Shown here one piece after another: positions 17,234 through 27,270 of a DNA stretch of 33,119 nucleotides. The DNA comes from Candidatus Latescibacterota bacterium (lineage in GTDB: Bacteria > Latescibacterota > UBA2968 > GCA-2709665). The stretch spans positions 1 through 33,119 of the forward strand of contig CAXXJS010000004.1 of assembly GCA_963662665.2 (NCBI GenBank). Direction: 5' to 3'. The translations under genes and the position numbers were made by a program. Under the pieces are notes generated by a model that saw only the letters and a program-made list of their open reading frames with translations, was not told the origin of the DNA and did not search any database. Each line of letters begins with the position of its first letter. The first letter of the stretch is position 1.

Positions 17234-20200
17234 ATGCGACGTTCCATCTGTCGACTTGTTTCGCTAAGCGGAATGGGAGCGATGTTCATTGTGACAGTGA
17301 GTCTCATCCTCTGCCCGCTATTGTACCGTGACGTTTTTGCCCAGAATGCGGACGAACACCCGCCGTTCTGTGAGCCCATTGATTTCTCGCGGATGCACCC
17401 CGAGGGTTCGGATGCCGCGGCGAAGCGGGCGTTCAGCCTGAACACGGGCGATCCGCGGACGGTACGGGTGATCTACTTCGTACCCAATGACCGTTCGTTT
17501 TCCGCCACCGTGGAGGACTCGATAAAGAGGGCGGTGCGGCAGGTTCGCACGTTTTTCGCTGAACAAATGAAGGCGCAAGGCTTCGGTCTCAATGCCATCA
17601 ACATTGAAGCCGGCGACGATGGCGATCCGCTGATCCACCGCGTTTCGGGCCGGCACAACGACGACCACTACGCCGACGGTACGCACTTCACCGTCTTCAG
17701 TGAGATCCGGCAGAATTACGACACCCGTGCGAACATCTATATCGCCTTTGTCGACAATGGCCGCAGGTTTACCCCGCGAGGAGGTCGAAACGGGAAAACA
17801 GGCGGAGAGGCATCCATGCGCGTGGATTCTGACTGGCAGACCGTGGCGCATGAACTGGGACACGGGTTCGGGCTGCACCACGACTTTCGTAATGATGCGT
17901 ACGTGATGTCGTATGGAAACGAACCGGACAGTTTATCACAGTGCGCCGCACATTTCCTTTCCGTACATCCATACTTTAATCCGGGGATAACAACCGAATG
18001 GACTGGTAGTCCCGCCGTCGAACTCATTTCATCGCCCAGATTTCAACCGAACGCGGAAGATATCACGGTTCAATTCAAAGTGGCGGATACTGACGGGCTT
18101 CACCAGATGATCCTTTTTGCTACGACTCCACTTATAAACTGGGGTGGCGGGTCCCCAGAAGTGAAGGCGTGGCGCGGAATGGCGAAGGAGGGAAATGTTG
18201 TCGTAGGCTTCGATTACCAACGCGATGCTGTGGGAATGATACAAAGCCCTGATTTGGAGAAGATTCACGTCAACGCGGTAGACTCGGATGGAAATGTCGG
18301 GCTGGCATGGTTCAACCTCGTAGGCGATTCGCCATATCATTACGCCTCATTTGTGGGGCATTCGCATTGGGTCTTCAGCGTGTTGTTCTCGCCGGACGGA
18401 AGGGCCGTGGCTTCCGGTTCATACGATAATACGATGCGGCTCTGGGACGTCGCCACGGGCAAGACTCTTTCCACCCTTTCGTATTCAAGCTCTATTGTTT
18501 CGATGGCGTTTTCGTCCGACGGGACGACCATCGCTTCGGGGCTGGACGATGGAATTGTCCTACTATCGGACGTCGCGACGGGCAAACACATCACGACGCT
18601 CCAGGGGCATACGGATGACGTCCGGTCAATAGCGTTTTCGCCCGATGGATCCACCCTTGCATCCGGGTCATACGACAACACGATCAAGCTGTGGAACGTT
18701 GGCGCGGGAGAGGCAATTTCCACACTCGTGGGTCATACCGACGGGGTGCCGTCGGTGTTGTTCGCTCCTGACGGGAAATTGCTGGCTTCCAGGTCATTGG
18801 ACAATACGGTAAGGCTCTGGGACGCGGTGACTGGCACCAGCCTTGCCACGCTTCCGCATCCAAATCCAGTCACTTCGGTGTCTTTTTCGCCCGATGGGGC
18901 GACTCTCGCTTCCGGGGCGGACGATAACAACGTCCGTCTGTGGGCGGTTGCTACAGGAGAACTCATCGACACTTTTAGGGGGCACGCGCGTGGAGTCACT
19001 TCGGTGTCTTTTTCGCCCAATGGGAAGATTCTAGCGTCAGGGTCATTCGATAAAACAGTCAGGCTGTGGAGAACAGATGAGGGAAAGGCCATCGCCACAC
19101 TGCAGGGCCATGAAAATGGGATCACCAGATTGTTGTTTTCGCCTGATGGAACGCTTTTGGCTTCAGCGTCTTGGGACCATACTGTGAAGTTATGGGAAGT
19201 TATCACGGGCGCGAGTCCTGCTACCTTTCGACATACGGAAACGGCCGCTTCAGTATCGTTTTCGCCGGATGGGAGATTCCTCGCCACTTCGGATAACAAA
19301 AAGGTCGAGTTATGGGATACGTCCGCGTGGACCCTGCCGCGTGCGCAAACACTGACGATCATTTCAGGCGACAACCAGGAAGGCGCAACCGGAGGTGTAT
19401 TGGCAAACCCATTGATCGTGGAAGTAGGAGATCAGTTCGGCGAACCCCTGGCGGGTGCGCAGGTTACGTTTACGATCATTGCAGGCGATGGAAGCCTCAG
19501 CAGCGGTTTCACAACACAGAATGCCACAGCCGGTCCCGACGGCAGGGCGCAGGTTTTCCTCACCCTCGGTTCCAATCCCGGACGGAATGCCGTCAGGGCA
19601 TCCATCGCCGAACTCGTAGTGGAAACCTTCAACGCCGTGGGTCTTGGGTCTCCGGTCATTGACAATAACGCCTTGGATATTCCGAGGTTGCATCTGCCGC
19701 TCGGGGCCTCCCTGCGTCTTGGAAAGGGCGCCATTGGTGAGAGCCAAAGGGCGGTTGCCTTTTCGCCGGACGGAAGGTCTGTTGCCGTTGCAAGTGGTAT
19801 CGGTGTTTGGCTCTACCCCATCGGAGCCCCGGAAAGAGTCACGCTGCTGCCCTCGAATGTCGTCCATTCGGTGTCCTTTTCGCCGGACGGCAAAACGCTT
19901 GTCTCATCCGGAGGGTGGCGTAGCGATGGCGAGGTCAGGCTGTGGGACGTGGCCACAGAAACCTATAACCGCATACCCATGCAAGAGGGTGACCTTACTA
20001 ATCTATTGCTATCACCGGACGGAAGAACCCTCGCCTACTCCGGAGGCGTGACCCTTAAATTACGGGACGTGACGGCGGGCAATGACGTGACGATCCTGGG
20101 GACGTATGGAGCGTTTGTGAACCATCCGACATGTGTCACGTTTTCTCCGGATGGAGCCACCGTCGCTTCTGGGCACAACGACGGGACAATCAGGCTGTGG

Positions 20201-21673
20201 GATGTAGCGACGCACAACATTATCTCCACCCTGGAGGGTCATCGTCGTAATATCGACTCCGTAACCTTTTCTCCTGACGGGAGAACCCTCGCGTCGGCCT
20301 CCGCTGACGGCACGGTCAGGATGTGGGACGTCGCAACGGGCATAATGTCCGTCACAGTGCGCGATGAGTCGCAGCCCGTTAGTGTGGCGTTTTCGCCAGA
20401 TGGCACGACCCTCGCGTCCGGCTGGTGGGATGGAAACGTCACATTGTGGGACGTGTCGGCACGACGAAATGTCGCAACGTTCTATGGTCACGGGGACATT
20501 GTTCAAGCTGTTTCATTTTCCCCGCGGGGAGGGACTCTTGGCACCGCATCTGTGGATGGTACAGTCCTACTCTGGGACCTGGCCACGGGTAATGCCACCA
20601 CTCTTACCGGGCATTCGGCAGAGGTTACGGGTATGGCATTCTCGCCGGACGGTGCAACGCTTGTTTCCCGTTCCATGACGAGCATGAATAAGGTCGAGTT
20701 ATGGGACGTTGAAAAGGGCCGGATGATCGCAACGCTTGGCGATCGAGAGTGCGCGCCGATCCGGTCAATATCCATTTCTTCCGATGGGACGACCCTCGCA
20801 AACGCATCGTTTGACGGGACGGTCACATTGTGGGATTTGGACGCTGGCAGCACTGTTGCCACGTTGCCACATTCCTTCGAAGTCATCTCGGTTTCCATTT
20901 CGCCCGATGGGGCGACCTTGGCCGCGGGGGATGCTGAAAGAATGGTCCACCTCTGGGACCTTAAGACTGAAGCGAAAATCAAAACGCTTTCCGGCCTCAG
21001 TCGTCCCGCTACAAGTCTGCTTTTCTCGCGGCAGGGTGCTACCCTCGCTGCGGGAACGTCCGGCGGAGCGATCAGGCTCTGGGACGTCGTGACGGGCGCC
21101 ACCATCCACGGCCTTGAAGGACACGCAAGATCGGTCCGCTCCATGGCCTTTTCAAAGGACGGGAAAACCCTGGCTACCGGTACCTACCAGGGTACGGTCA
21201 AGCTGTGGGATCTGGTCACGGGCACCGCCACGGCGACTCTGAAAGTAGGGGTCCCTTCGAGTGTGGCATTTTCTCCTGACGTGACGATGTTCGCCACTGG
21301 TACGCAGGATAAGCTGGTCAGACTATACGACCTGTTAACCGGCGAAGTTATCGCCACTCTTGAAGGGCACAATCACAACGTGGCCAGCGTGTTGTTTTCG
21401 CCCAGCGGCAAGACACTTGCGTCGGGGTCACGTGATGGCACGATCCTGCTGTGGGACTTGGCGCCGTACAGTGGATCTGAAACTCCCAATCCTGATTTCA
21501 ATGGCGATGGCGCAGTTGGTTTTGCCGACTTCATTCAATTCGCCGCGAATTTCGGACTGAGCCACGGCGCCGCGGATTATGACGGACGGTACGATCTGGA
21601 CAACGACGGCGAGGTGGGATTTTCGGACTTTCTGATATTTGCCCGGGACTTCGGAAAAACCGTAGGGGAATGA
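17234..21673 (+). CDS. Secreted multidomain protein: zinc metallopeptidase + 8 WD40 + Ig-like (Big_1-type) + 14 WD40 + dockerin-like EF-hand tail
   Basis: AGGAGGT RBS; N-terminal hydrophobic segment; HELGHGFGLHH and Met-turn YVMSYG; GH...FSPDG...LWD repeats; 'ISGDNQEG..GAQVTF..GRAQ' Ig domain; 'DFNGDGAVGFADF..DLDNDGEVGFSDF' tail. Confidence 0.9.
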   Translation: MRRSICRLVSLSGMGAMFIVTVSLILCPLLYRDVFAQNADEHPPFCEPIDFSRMHPEGSDAAAKRAFSLNTGDPRTVRVIYFVPNDRSFSATVEDSIKRAVRQVRTFFAEQMKAQGFGLNAINIEAGDDGDPLIHRVSGRHNDDHYADGTHFTVFSEIRQNYDTRANIYIAFVDNGRRFTPRGGRNGKTGGEASMRVDSDWQTVAHELGHGFGLHHDFRNDAYVMSYGNEPDSLSQCAAHFLSVHPYFNPGITTEWTGSPAVELISSPRFQPNAEDITVQFKVADTDGLHQMILFATTPLINWGGGSPEVKAWRGMAKEGNVVVGFDYQRDAVGMIQSPDLEKIHVNAVDSDGNVGLAWFNLVGDSPYHYASFVGHSHWVFSVLFSPDGRAVASGSYDNTMRLWDVATGKTLSTLSYSSSIVSMAFSSDGTTIASGLDDGIVLLSDVATGKHITTLQGHTDDVRSIAFSPDGSTLASGSYDNTIKLWNVGAGEAISTLVGHTDGVPSVLFAPDGKLLASRSLDNTVRLWDAVTGTSLATLPHPNPVTSVSFSPDGATLASGADDNNVRLWAVATGELIDTFRGHARGVTSVSFSPNGKILASGSFDKTVRLWRTDEGKAIATLQGHENGITRLLFSPDGTLLASASWDHTVKLWEVITGASPATFRHTETAASVSFSPDGRFLATSDNKKVELWDTSAWTLPRAQTLTIISGDNQEGATGGVLANPLIVEVGDQFGEPLAGAQVTFTIIAGDGSLSSGFTTQNATAGPDGRAQVFLTLGSNPGRNAVRASIAELVVETFNAVGLGSPVIDNNALDIPRLHLPLGASLRLGKGAIGESQRAVAFSPDGRSVAVASGIGVWLYPIGAPERVTLLPSNVVHSVSFSPDGKTLVSSGGWRSDGEVRLWDVATETYNRIPMQEGDLTNLLLSPDGRTLAYSGGVTLKLRDVTAGNDVTILGTYGAFVNHPTCVTFSPDGATVASGHNDGTIRLWDVATHNIISTLEGHRRNIDSVTFSPDGRTLASASADGTVRMWDVATGIMSVTVRDESQPVSVAFSPDGTTLASGWWDGNVTLWDVSARRNVATFYGHGDIVQAVSFSPRGGTLGTASVDGTVLLWDLATGNATTLTGHSAEVTGMAFSPDGATLVSRSMTSMNKVELWDVEKGRMIATLGDRECAPIRSISISSDGTTLANASFDGTVTLWDLDAGSTVATLPHSFEVISVSISPDGATLAAGDAERMVHLWDLKTEAKIKTLSGLSRPATSLLFSRQGATLAAGTSGGAIRLWDVVTGATIHGLEGHARSVRSMAFSKDGKTLATGTYQGTVKLWDLVTGTATATLKVGVPSSVAFSPDVTMFATGTQDKLVRLYDLLTGEVIATLEGHNHNVASVLFSPSGKTLASGSRDGTILLWDLAPYSGSETPNPDFNGDGAVGFADFIQFAANFGLSHGAADYDGRYDLDNDGEVGFSDFLIFARDFGKTVGE

Positions 21674-21790
21674 GCCGCTTTGGGGTTGGTAATTACGATG
21701 TTGGCGGAGGGGTGTATCGGGCAAAAGAGGAAGCTTCTATTCAGGAACCAAGTCGCACTCACTGCTGAATATGCCGTCAGGCGCCTTTGC

Positions 21791-22780
21791 CTACGCACAC
21801 ACGGGATCGTCCACCTTCCAGCGATTGTACGTCGGATCCGCGCTTCTGGCCAGCCGGCTTCTCGCCTCGTGCCACAGTCTGGCCCATTCGTCAGGATCAT
21901 GCAATTCGCTTTCCGGATTCGAGCGGCTGCGCGCGATGAATCCCGGGAATGACCCGCGCCCCGTGGGCTGGCCGATGGGGTTATAGCGCAGATCGAAGCT
22001 CCATCGGATGTTGTCGCTCTTATTCGGTAGCGAAGAATGGCAGTTCAGACGGTGGAAGAGTAACACGTCTCCGCGCTTCATGGGAAGCACCACGCCGTCT
22101 CCCTCCCGCAGCAGCCGGTCCGGAATCTGCAGGCCGAATCCCCGCGACATCGTCGCGGTCGCGTGGCAGTGATGTAGCAGTCCCTCTCGATGGCTCCGCG
22201 GGATGACCTCCAGGCAGCCGTTCTCGATCGTGGCGTCCCACAGGCCGAACCATACGGTCAGCATGTTCGTCTCATCGGCTTCCGGCCGCACAACGCCCGT
22301 ATCCTGGTGCCAGGGCGTGGCGCCAAGCTGGACGTGTCCCGTTGTTTCGTTGACGGGACACAGGTGCTCCGGCGGCTTCAGGCGGACGTGCTGCACGGGA
22401 TTGGAATAGATCTCGGGACCGATCAGGGATTCCACGGCATCCAGCAGCTTCTCATTCCGCAATAGCCGGAATACCGCAGGCCCCACCCACATCGGCGTAT
22501 CCGCCTGAACGTTCTTCTGCGGCAGCGAAAAGTCGAAATACTGGGCGTGCACCTTGCCCGACTCCGCGTAAATCCGCGCCAGCCGATCCCCGAACGGCAA
22601 GTCATCGTACGTTGAGGAGATGTCTCCGTTTTCGTAAAGTTCACAGGCAAGCCGGTCCAGAACGCCGGCGTACTCCTCGATCACCGGATCCAGGTCCTCC
22701 ACCGGATCGAACAACCCCCTCACGACCAGGTAACCCTGCTCTTCAAATTCCGCGACCTGCGCTTCGGTTAGATGAGCCAT
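21791..22780 (-). CDS. Phytanoyl-CoA dioxygenase (PhyH) family protein
   Basis: 'FEEQGYLVV', canonical 'TPWHQD', 'NGCLEVIPRSH', 'GDVLLFHRLNCHSSLPN..IRWSFDLRY'. Confidence 0.92.
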   Translation of the reverse strand: MAHLTEAQVAEFEEQGYLVVRGLFDPVEDLDPVIEEYAGVLDRLACELYENGDISSTYDDLPFGDRLARIYAESGKVHAQYFDFSLPQKNVQADTPMWVGPAVFRLLRNEKLLDAVESLIGPEIYSNPVQHVRLKPPEHLCPVNETTGHVQLGATPWHQDTGVVRPEADETNMLTVWFGLWDATIENGCLEVIPRSHREGLLHHCHATATMSRGFGLQIPDRLLREGDGVVLPMKRGDVLLFHRLNCHSSLPNKSDNIRWSFDLRYNPIGQPTGRGSFPGFIARSRSNPESELHDPDEWARLWHEARSRLARSADPTYNRWKVDDPVCA

Positions 22781-22932
22781 TTGTGTAATTCCTCTGAATA
22801 CACCACTCGATTAAGCGTTTCGCGTCGCCTTCCGCCGGTTCCGAACCCCCAACGAATATAAACCCACCATCGCCTTTTGGGAAGATGGAAGATTGACGTA
22901 TTCCTTCCAGTTCGCCAGGAACAACGGGGTAC

Positions 22933-23007
22933 TCACCTCGCAATCACTGTCATATTGAGTCAAGCGGTCTGAAGGTGGGGCGGACATTCCTGTCTGCCCA
23001 CATCGAT
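22933..23007. repeat. 75-bp direct repeat, copy 1, with REP-like hairpin GTGGGGCGGACA-TTCC-TGTCTGCCCAC
   Basis: 64 of 75 positions identical to 23737-23811 by manual ungapped alignment; the last 38 bp are identical. Confidence 0.85.
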
Positions 23008-23099
23008 GTCCTCCTGTCGGAAAAGAGAAATAAGGAAGAGCACACCGCCAGTTTTTCCGTTCCCTATTCGCGTCGAAGTCGCGTCAACACCTCGCCATC

Positions 23100-23186
23100 A
23101 CTCCCCCCTTGAGGGGGAGTCGCAGAAGCCGAGCCGATCCCTGAGCTTGTCGAAGGGCCGGCGACGGCTGATGCGGTGGGGGGTGC
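23100..23186. repeat. Composite REP-like element (ACTCCCCC-CTTGA-GGGGGAGT hairpin + CCCTGAGCTTGTCGAAGGG core)
   Basis: Hairpin at 23100-23120; core at 23139-23157 matches 3558-3576. Confidence 0.65.
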
Positions 23187-23269
23187 TGTTGCATTCTTCG
23201 ACACGAAAACATCGGGTTTTCTACGGGTCAATGCCGATTGGAAATCACTCGACGAGTGCAACGAGGCCG

Positions 23270-23656
23270 CTAACCGTGGCTATCTTGGTACGCCGCCGTC
23301 ACCGGGTAGTCCCCAGGCTTCCCCGTATCCCCACGCTGGATCACAAAATCCCTGCGGTCCCGGTATAGCCTGGCGCGGTTGATTACGTAGTCGACTCCGG
23401 GCTCAATTTCGTCCCAGTGGGTCATCAGCCAGTATTTGTACTCGCCAATAAAGAAATATGTGTTGTTCGTACTGAAGAAACGGCAAGCCACACCCTCCCC
23501 GGCGCGGAACCGCTCGCAGATTGCTTCAAGAAGCTCACCTTGCCCGTCCTTTTCGGACATCACGTATTCGTGGGGCCACGTTTCCCGATAAGTGGCCGCC
23601 TCCCGCCACGGGGCGTTGTCGATCAGTTCCTTCAGACCTGGTGGCATGTTTATCAC
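23270..23656 (-). CDS. Hypothetical protein (W..A.TY..TWPHEY ... YKYWLM ... INR motifs)
   Basis: 128-aa ORF with aromatic-rich motifs I recognise from small uncharacterised phage/island proteins; start may be the ATG at 23647. Confidence 0.7.
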   Translation of the reverse strand: MINMPPGLKELIDNAPWREAATYRETWPHEYVMSEKDGQGELLEAICERFRAGEGVACRFFSTNNTYFFIGEYKYWLMTHWDEIEPGVDYVINRARLYRDRRDFVIQRGDTGKPGDYPVTAAYQDSHG

Positions 23657-23736
23657 ACCCGAGTCGATAGTCGAGATAGGAATCTATTGAACGGCTTTGC
23701 TTCGTCGGAGATACCGATCCGCCGATTGCGGCGCTT

Positions 23737-23811
23737 TCACCTCGCAATCACCGATATGCTGACGTAGGCAGTTTGAAGGTGGGGCGGACATTCCTGTCTG
23801 CCCACATCGAT
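23737..23811. repeat. 75-bp direct repeat, copy 2
   Basis: Matches 22933-23007; lies 8 nt beyond the stop of the minus-strand MNT gene. Confidence 0.85.
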
Positions 23812-23819
23812 ACGTCTGT

Positions 23820-24128
23820 TCAATCAACGCGGGTTAGTTTCGCCTCGCGTTCAAGGAATGACGCCATTTCGGGATCTGCGTCAAGGTCGATAAGGTCCAC
23901 AGATCGCGCGAGTTCCAGCAGCAACTTGCCCTGGAGTTTATAAAACATGCTTGCGGGACACCCCTTGACCGCGAAATCGATATCCGATCGCGACGTGCCG
24001 CTCCCATCTGCGACGGAGCCAAAGAGATAGACAGCTTCGCATCCACCTGCTTTCAATATGTCTAATCCCCGAACCAAGTCGTGCCGCACCGTGTCTGGTA
24101 CACCCTCAATGTCTGTAACTTTAGCCAT
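23820..24128 (-). CDS. Minimal nucleotidyltransferase (MntA-like antitoxin), orphan
   Basis: 'VYLFGSVADG..RSDIDFAV' and 'SVDLIDL' Pol-beta motifs; AGGGG RBS; no HEPN partner gene follows. Confidence 0.85.
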   Translation of the reverse strand: MAKVTDIEGVPDTVRHDLVRGLDILKAGGCEAVYLFGSVADGSGTSRSDIDFAVKGCPASMFYKLQGKLLLELARSVDLIDLDADPEMASFLEREAKLTRVD

Positions 24129-24221
24129 CAGTCATCCCCTTTTTGTACTAATCGCTCGATTATGCGCGACGGGTGATGTCATTGCCAAGACGACGCCTGA
24201 AGAAACGCTTTCATTCGGCCG

Positions 24222-26909
24222 CTAATTTATCACGTTTGCCGTAACGCCGCAATATAAATGGGTCGACAAGGGATCCGGCATCCCGCGCACCTCTGCGAGA
24301 AACTCGTCCGATAACACGGAGATATCCGGCTTGTCCAATCCCGCGGCTGCAAAGATGTCCATCACGCCTTCTGAAGCCACGGCTTTGGAGACGATCTGTC
24401 GGACGGCCAGGTCCAACTCCTCCTGTGTATGCGTCACGCCGTCAGCTCGCTTGGACAGCGCCGTCCTCACCGCCTGAAAGAATGCCACGTCGTCCCGGAT
24501 GCGCGTCGTCTCGTCGTGAGGCACGGCAAGTGTGAACGCCTGGGATAGCGCACGCACCGCGTTCAGGCATCGCTCTTTGCCGTCCTCCTGGGCGAGGATG
24601 TGCTCCTGCGCGGCGGGTAGCAGATTCAATCGCTCCGTTGGTGTGCCGGCGGTCCAAGCCGTCCAGTCGAAGCCATGGAATAGACCGCTACACACCTCGT
24701 ATTTCTCCAGCATTACCGCCACGGCTTCCTTCTTGTCCAGAGCCGTAATACCAGTGCCGCCGCTCTCGGTGTACGTCGCCAACGCTTGTCGCAGGTCATG
24801 CGACAAACCGAGATAGTCTACTACCAACCCACCTGGCTTGTCCTTGAACACGCGGTTCACACGGGCGATGGCTTGCATCAGCCCGTGCCCGCGCATCGGC
24901 TTGTCCACGTACATCGTATGAAGGCTGGGCGCGTCGAAACCCGTCAGCCACATGTCCCGCACCAGGACCACGCGTAGCGGATCGTCAGGGTCTCTGAACC
25001 GGTTCGCCAGCGCCTCCCTCCGCGGCTTGTTGCGGATGTGCGGCTGCCAATCGAGCGGGTCGGAAGCGGAGCCGGTCATCACGACCTTGATGGCTCCCTT
25101 GTCGTCAGCGTCATCGTGCCAGCCGGGCCGCAATCGGACCAGTTCGCGGTAGAGGTCGATGCAGATGCGCCGGCTCATACAGACGACCATCGCCTTGCCT
25201 TCCAGCGCCTCCAGCCGCTGCTCGAAGTGGTCCACAATATCCTCGGCAATCTGCCGGACCCGCTTCGCCGCGCCGACCACCGCTTCCAACTGCGCCCACT
25301 TCGTCTTGAGCTTCTCCCGGCGCTCTACCTCTTCGCCCTCGGTGGCCTCCTCGAATTCCGGATCGATCTTCGGCTTTTCGCGCTCGTCCAGGGTAAGCTT
25401 CGCCAGTCGGCTCTCGTAATAGATCGGCACCGTGGCCCCATCCTGAACGGCGCTCTGGATGTCGTAGATGCTGATGTAGTCGCCGAACACGGCCCGCGTA
25501 TTGGCGTCCTGAAGCTCGATGGGTGTACCTGTAAAGCCAACGAATGACGCATTTGGCAGCGCGTCTCGCATATGACGGGCAAACCCGTCGATGAAATCGT
25601 ATTGGCTTCGGTGCGCCTCGTCCGCAATCACCACGATATTGCGCCTATCCGATAGCTCGGGATGGGTATCGCCCTTCTCTTCCGGGAAGAACTTCTGGAT
25701 GGTAGTGAAGACTACGCCGCCTGCGTTCACCGACAGTTTGCTCCTCAGGTCGGCCCGGCTCTCCGCCTGTGTCGGCGGCTGGCGCAGCAGGTCCTGGCAC
25801 CGGGAGAACGTGCCGTAAAGCTGGTCGTCCAGGTCGTTCCGGTCCGTGAGTACCACCACGGTCGGGTTTTCCATTGCCGGTTCGCTGATGATGGCCCCGG
25901 TGTAGAAGGCCATTGTGAGGCTTTTCCCCGACCCCTGGGTGTGCCAGACCACGCCGACGCGCCGGTCGCCCGGTTCGCCGCCCGGTTGCCGCCCCGTCTC
26001 GTAACGACCTCCGTCTTCGGCGGATTCTGCGGTCAATCTTTGTAGCTTCGCCGCTCGTAACGTCTCGTCAACTGCAACTCTCACGGCGTGGAACTGGTGA
26101 TAGCCCGCCATCTTCTTTTCCAGCGCGCCGCTGCCGTCGTCATCGAAAACGATGAAGTCGCGAACGAGCGCCAGGAAGCGGTTCTGATCAAAGACGCCTT
26201 CCAGCATCACCTGGAGTTCGGTCAATTGCTTATCCGCAAGCTTCTCACCGGCAACCGTGCGCCAGGGTTTGAACCACTCCTTTCCCGAGGTCTGCGTACC
26301 GATGCGGGCTTCGTTCCCGTCCGAGACCATCAACACTTCGTTCATCGAAAACAGCGAGGACAATTCGGCCTTGTACGTCTGAAGCTGGTTCCATGCTGTC
26401 CAGATCGTGGCGTCCTCGTCGGCCGGATTCTTGAGTTCGATCACACCCAGAGGTAAACCGTTTAAAAACAGCACGACGTCCGGTCTTCGGTTGTTCTTGT
26501 TCTCCGTGACCGTGAACTGATTCACCGCCAGCCAGTCGTTATTGTCGGTGTTTTCGAAATCCATCACCCGAACCTGATCGCCTCGCACGCGTCCGTCCGT
26601 ATCCCGATACTCGACTTCAACGCCGTTCACGAGCATCCGGTGAAACGCGCGGTTTCGGGCTTCCAGTGTAGATCCTTCGGGATGGGTCAACCTGCGGCAG
26701 GCATCGTCCAGGGCGGACATGGGCAGGGAGGGGTTCAATTCAGTGAGGGCGCCGCGAAGCCTGTGCTCAAGGACCACCTGTCGGTAGTCATCGCGCTCTG
26801 CGTCAGGCGTCTCCGGCGCAATATCGGGACCGTGCAGGACCTGCCAACCGAGACCCGAAAGCCACTCAAGAGCTGCCTGTTCAACGTCGGCTTCGGTGAG
26901 GGTGGTCAT
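24222..26909 (-). CDS. hsdR: Type I restriction endonuclease subunit R, C-terminally truncated (probable pseudogene)
   Basis: Nuclease motif '[21 protein letters not shown]', Walker A 'HTQGSGKS', 'DEAHRSQY', 'MWLTGFDAP', 'QAIARVNR'. Recognisable similarity ends at '[10 protein letters not shown]' (24276), followed by 17 unrelated residues. Confidence 0.93.
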   Translation of the reverse strand: MTTLTEADVEQAALEWLSGLGWQVLHGPDIAPETPDAERDDYRQVVLEHRLRGALTELNPSLPMSALDDACRRLTHPEGSTLEARNRAFHRMLVNGVEVEYRDTDGRVRGDQVRVMDFENTDNNDWLAVNQFTVTENKNNRRPDVVLFLNGLPLGVIELKNPADEDATIWTAWNQLQTYKAELSSLFSMNEVLMVSDGNEARIGTQTSGKEWFKPWRTVAGEKLADKQLTELQVMLEGVFDQNRFLALVRDFIVFDDDGSGALEKKMAGYHQFHAVRVAVDETLRAAKLQRLTAESAEDGGRYETGRQPGGEPGDRRVGVVWHTQGSGKSLTMAFYTGAIISEPAMENPTVVVLTDRNDLDDQLYGTFSRCQDLLRQPPTQAESRADLRSKLSVNAGGVVFTTIQKFFPEEKGDTHPELSDRRNIVVIADEAHRSQYDFIDGFARHMRDALPNASFVGFTGTPIELQDANTRAVFGDYISIYDIQSAVQDGATVPIYYESRLAKLTLDEREKPKIDPEFEEATEGEEVERREKLKTKWAQLEAVVGAAKRVRQIAEDIVDHFEQRLEALEGKAMVVCMSRRICIDLYRELVRLRPGWHDDADDKGAIKVVMTGSASDPLDWQPHIRNKPRREALANRFRDPDDPLRVVLVRDMWLTGFDAPSLHTMYVDKPMRGHGLMQAIARVNRVFKDKPGGLVVDYLGLSHDLRQALATYTESGGTGITALDKKEAVAVMLEKYEVCSGLFHGFDWTAWTAGTPTERLNLLPAAQEHILAQEDGKERCLNAVRALSQAFTLAVPHDETTRIRDDVAFFQAVRTALSKRADGVTHTQEELDLAVRQIVSKAVASEGVMDIFAAAGLDKPDISVLSDEFLAEVRGMPDPLSTHLYCGVTANVIN

Positions 26910-26912
26910 GCG

Positions 26913-27263
26913 TCACTCCCGGATACGAACACGCGAATCTTCGACGATCCAAAGCTGTCCTTGAAGAGAGGAAACCAACTCACCAAGCAGGGCGCTCCCA
27001 ATGTCCAGCAAATGATCTCTCGATTGCCTGCTGGGTCGAATAACCACTATCCCAGGATACAACTCCGGCGGGTAGGACCTGATGTCGCTGAAATCCAGGT
27101 CCAACGTTACCAGGATTCGGCCTTCACGCCCGCAAACGGCGGCGAGGTTGGGATCGTCCGTCCCGATCATTTGCTGGTCAAACACGTTTATCGCGTCGTG
27201 CCCGGCTTCCACAAAGAGCGCTACCATCTCCGCAGGCAGATTTTCGTCGAATTTGAACCGCAT
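26913..27263 (-). CDS. DUF5615 family PIN-like toxin (VapC45-like)
   Basis: 'MRFKFDENLP', 'GHDA', 'GTDD', 'GRILVTLDLDF', 'PGIVVIR'. Confidence 0.88.
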   Translation of the reverse strand: MRFKFDENLPAEMVALFVEAGHDAINVFDQQMIGTDDPNLAAVCGREGRILVTLDLDFSDIRSYPPELYPGIVVIRPSRQSRDHLLDIGSALLGELVSSLQGQLWIVEDSRVRIRE

Positions 27264-27270
27264 GGCTTCC

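Noticed and set aside
18340-21460. Nucleotide repeats such as TTTTCGCCGGACGG as a DNA repeat array or DGR template/variable pair
   Set aside because: Explained by WD40 FSPDG coding repeats; no reverse transcriptase and no adenine-specific mismatch pair seen.
22743-22943. 66-aa ORF upstream of phyH
   Set aside because: Begins inside the repeat and overlaps the phyH start; no recognisable family.
22933-23811. Repeats as a CRISPR array or integron attC sites
   Set aside because: Only two copies, 804 bp apart; no cas gene or integrase; no RYYYAAC/GTTRRRY box pair recognised.
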